Shown one piece after another: positions 61,537 to 64,000 of a DNA stretch of 64,000 nucleotides. Source of the DNA: a virus. Taxonomy: Duplodnaviria; Heunggongvirae; Uroviricota; Caudoviricetes. Every line of letters starts with the position of its first letter. Positions within the stretch are counted from its first letter, which is position 1. A program made the position numbers and the translations under genes. The stretch lies in the IMG/VR virus record IMGVR_UViG_2944808559_000001, positions 23,109-87,108 of that record, one strand, 5' to 3'. The notes under the pieces are model-generated. The model had not been told where the DNA came from. It saw only the letters and a list, made by a program, of their open reading frames with translations, and ran no database searches.

Positions 61537-62499
61537 TCAGAAGAGGTCGTCGGCGGCGGCGCGTAGCTCGGGCAGCGGCCGGTGGAACCAGCGGGCGGTG
61601 AAGCCGCCCGACATGTTGAGTAGCCGCTCAGCGCGGGCGTCGGCGGTGACGACCTTGTAGCCGTACGCGGTCTTGATGGCGTTCGGGTCGTCGTCCGGGT
61701 CGGCCAGGACGTACTCCCAGTCCTCCAGGGCCAGCCGCGCGGCGGGGACCGGCCTGCCTCCGAGCAGGACGCGGCCGGTGACGGTGTCGTAGGTGAGCAG
61801 CCACACGGCGCCGGCCTCGTCGCAGGCGATGGAGGCCACGTCCATGACCATCCGGCAGCCGCGCCGCTGCTCGCCGGACAGGTCGTCGAGCTCGAACGGC
61901 GCGATCATCCAGCCGTGCGGATGCCTGAGGTTGCGGTACTCGGTCTCTTTCCAGAGGCCCGGGTCGGCTTCGATCGTGTTGAGCACGTGGAGGAACAGAG
62001 CCTTGCCGCGCAGGGTGTACGCGGCGGGCCCGAAGTAGCGGGCGGCGTTCTCGGCGATCTGGTCGAGGGACCTGCCCGCGTCGAACAGCGGGTGGTCCGT
62101 CGCCCCCTCGACGGGGATGCCGAGCAGGCGGGCGGCGCGGTAGGCGACGTGGATGATCCGCTCGTCGTCGCGGCCCTCCACGCTGCACGTCAGCTGGCGT
62201 GGCGTCCGCACGAACGCCTCGGGGTCGTCCGGCTCGGCCAGGACGTAGGCGCGCAGCTCCATGCGACTGCCAGGGTCGTTCAGGAGCCAGGTGGCTCCAG
62301 TCAGCTCGCCGATCCACCCGGCGAGACACAGGCCCGTGCCGCACCGCCAGTCCTTTTGGTAGTGGGCCATCTGGCCGGGCTGGCAGGCGTCCTCGGACGG
62401 GAGCTGGCGGAGGAAGCTCAGCGTGGCCGTCATCAGCGGCCCGCCGCGCAGGCCGGACAGGTCCGGCAGAGCCGGGTAGGGGTGAACGGTCTGGCTCAT
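61537..62499 (-). CDS. hypothetical protein (320 aa)
   Basis: ORF track. Confidence 0.5.
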   Translation of the reverse strand: MSQTVHPYPALPDLSGLRGGPLMTATLSFLRQLPSEDACQPGQMAHYQKDWRCGTGLCLAGWIGELTGATWLLNDPGSRMELRAYVLAEPDDPEAFVRTPRQLTCSVEGRDDERIIHVAYRAARLLGIPVEGATDHPLFDAGRSLDQIAENAARYFGPAAYTLRGKALFLHVLNTIEADPGLWKETEYRNLRHPHGWMIAPFELDDLSGEQRRGCRMVMDVASIACDEAGAVWLLTYDTVTGRVLLGGRPVPAARLALEDWEYVLADPDDDPNAIKTAYGYKVVTADARAERLLNMSGGFTARWFHRPLPELRAAADDLF

Positions 62500-62560
62500 C
62501 AGGGGTTCTCCTAGGGGATGGCGGGGTCCCGGCCGGGGGCGGCCGGGACCCCGGAGGGGA

Positions 62561-63141
62561 TTACTCGCTAGCGGGACAGCTAGCGAAAAGGTCGATCACG
62601 TTGCTGTGGCTGGTGACGACCTGGTGGGACTCGCCGCACTCCTTGTGGCGCTCGATACGGTCCACCGTTCGGGCGGCGCTCTGCCAGGTGGTGAACGGCA
62701 GTTCCCAATTCTCTCCGGTGCAGACCATCCGCCACCGGTTCGACAGGGGCGGCCCGGCAGGGTCGGCGCTGGACAGGCCGCCAAGGTGCAGTTCGATCAC
62801 GTGGGCGTGGTCGACGCCCTCGGCGGCGAGCTCGGCGGCGGCCTGGTCGACGTGGACGGCGCCGGTCGGCGTGACTTCCAGCTCGTCGCCGGTCGGCCCG
62901 TACGGGCGGACGATGGCGACGCGGTAGCCGATGACCTTCCGCTCGGGGCGCTTGGCGGGCTCCGCGAGCAGGTTGTCGGGGCATCCGGCCTGGCGGCGCT
63001 GGCCTCGCACAGGCCGTACCGCCAGTCGGGGTTGCGGCTGATCATCGCGACGACGGCCGTCTCAGGGCAGTCGGGGCTGCAGCCGCACGGCCAGTCCTGT
63101 TCTCGGGGCAGGACGAGCGGCCCCCACTTCTGCTCAGCCAT
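62561..63141 (-). CDS. hypothetical Cys-rich protein, apparently split over two frames (62797..63141 N-terminus, 62561..63010 C-terminus)
   Basis: The N-terminal frame MAEQKWGPLVLPREQDWPCGCSPDCPETAVVAMISRNPDWRYGLCEA degenerates into Pro/Ser junk exactly where the other frame starts reading sensible protein (VIGYRVAIVRPYGPTGDELEV...). Confidence 0.35.
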
Positions 63142-63544
63142 CGGCGTTCAGCCTCCCCTTCGTCGCGGCCGGCAGTTCGGTGAGGGCCGCGGCGACGGCC
63201 TCCTCGACGGAGGCGTAGCGCGGGCTGGTGGAGACCTTGCCGGTCAGCCACTCGCCGCGCGAGTAGTAGCCGGACAGGCGCAGCTCCTTGCACACCTGGC
63301 CGTACCTGCCGTCCGCCGTGTAGTACTCGGCGGCGATGATGTCGCGGTTGTAGACGGAGAAGTGGGGGCTGGGCAGGATGCGCAGCACGCCCGCGTCCGC
63401 CTCTGACAACGGCGCGGTGGAGTCGCGCAGGACCTTCGTGATGTGGCCGCGGAACTTCTTCACTGGCCGGTCGCCTTCCTGATCCGCTTCTCGCAGACGG
63501 GCCCGATCGCCTTGGCGATGAGCCGATGATGTTGGGGGGGTCAT
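63134..63544 (-). CDS. hypothetical protein (136 aa)
   Basis: Internal ATG with RBS AGGAGGAA 5 nt upstream. ATGA overlap with HNH. Confidence 0.45.
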   Translation of the reverse strand: MTPPTSSAHRQGDRARLREADQEGDRPVKKFRGHITKVLRDSTAPLSEADAGVLRILPSPHFSVYNRDIIAAEYYTADGRYGQVCKELRLSGYYSRGEWLTGKVSTSPRYASVEEAVAAALTELPAATKGRLNADG

Positions 63545-64000
63545 CCTGATTCCTCCTGGCGGGATGAACGGGTGAGGTATTCGATGGCGCTGCGGAGGAC
63601 GGCGACGTCCTCGCGCAGTTGGCCCAGGCCGGTGTTGCAGCCGCTGCAGAGAAAGCCGCGGAACGCGCCGCTCTGGTGGTCGTGGTCGATGTGCAGGCGG
63701 ATTTCGCCTGGGGCGGGCGTCCGGTGGCAGATCTCGCATTGATGGCCTCGCTCCTCCCACGCGGCCATTACCTCGGCGAACGAGAGGCCGAGGACGTTGC
63801 AGGACTGGCGGATCTTCCTCCGAAGCGCCCATTCGGGGTCGTTGGCCAGGCGCTCCTTCTGACGGGCGCGCTCGGCGGCCCTGCGGCGCTGACGTTCCTC
63901 TTTCGGCAGTGCCGCCGTCCGCTCGCGCGCTTCACGATTCCGGCAGGCCCGGCATCGGGAATTGCGTTTCCACCCGGTTTCGTGTGGCCGCCACGGGAAC
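63541..64000 (-). CDS. HNH endonuclease, 5'-partial (continues beyond the window end)
   Basis: CEICH...HIDHDH...CSGCN is the HNH motif. The reading frame stays open upstream to position 64000 (...CRACRNREARERTAALPKEER...), so the N-terminus lies outside the window. Confidence 0.6.
   Translation of the reverse strand, partial: FPWRPHETGWKRNSRCRACRNREARERTAALPKEERQRRRAAERARQKERLANDPEWALRRKIRQSCNVLGLSFAEVMAAWEERGHQCEICHRTPAPGEIRLHIDHDHQSGAFRGFLCSGCNTGLGQLREDVAVLRSAIEYLTRSSRQEESG

Noticed and set aside
1-64000. Apparent enrichment of the GCTAGC / CGCTAGCG palindrome
   Set aside because: Most copies fall in coding sequence as Ala-Ser (GCT-AGC) codons. The hexamer count (~20) matches expectation for this base composition. 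Only the capsid-gene hairpin uses it structurally.

Overview
This window reads as one contiguous temperate siphophage or prophage region from a high-GC (about 70%) actinomycete, Streptomyces-like. Nearly every gene is on the minus strand and packed with 1-4 nt ATGA/GTGA start/stop overlaps.

Reading the minus strand from 64000 down to 1:
- Early and replication genes: a partial HNH gene, an ArdC-N-like protein, an HU-like protein, an intein-containing Cys-cluster protein, an RHH/PemK toxin-antitoxin pair, vWA and DUF2786 proteins, a pentapeptide-repeat protein, HNH, and an XRE/DUF397 pair.
- The immunity switch: a plus-strand XRE repressor facing a minus-strand Xis-like HTH gene across a TGCGCA-rich operator region.
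- Recombination genes: YqaJ-like exonuclease, RecT, RusA, plus a cluster of small membrane proteins and a lipoprotein.
- A lysogeny/moron zone with a tyrosine integrase and an HNH Endo-VII gene. Lower-GC opposite-strand genes flank the integrase: a 343-aa orphan and two membrane proteins.
- A five-gene operon ahead of the terminase: a ParB-like protein, an ABC-ATPase::GNAT fusion and three unknowns.
- The late module: terS, terL, an unusual five-gene accessory cassette, portal, MuF, scaffold, major capsid protein with a strong hairpin after it, head-tail joining genes, major tail protein, and a tail assembly chaperone with a -1 frameshift at the left edge.

I found no tRNA, rRNA or CRISPR. Several operator- or iteron-like repeats and a thrice-repeated 17-bp AT-rich palindrome are reported in the findings. 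Functional calls come from motif recognition by eye only. Start codons were re-derived by hand and may be off by a few nt. Long antisense ORFs on the plus strand are high-GC artefacts.
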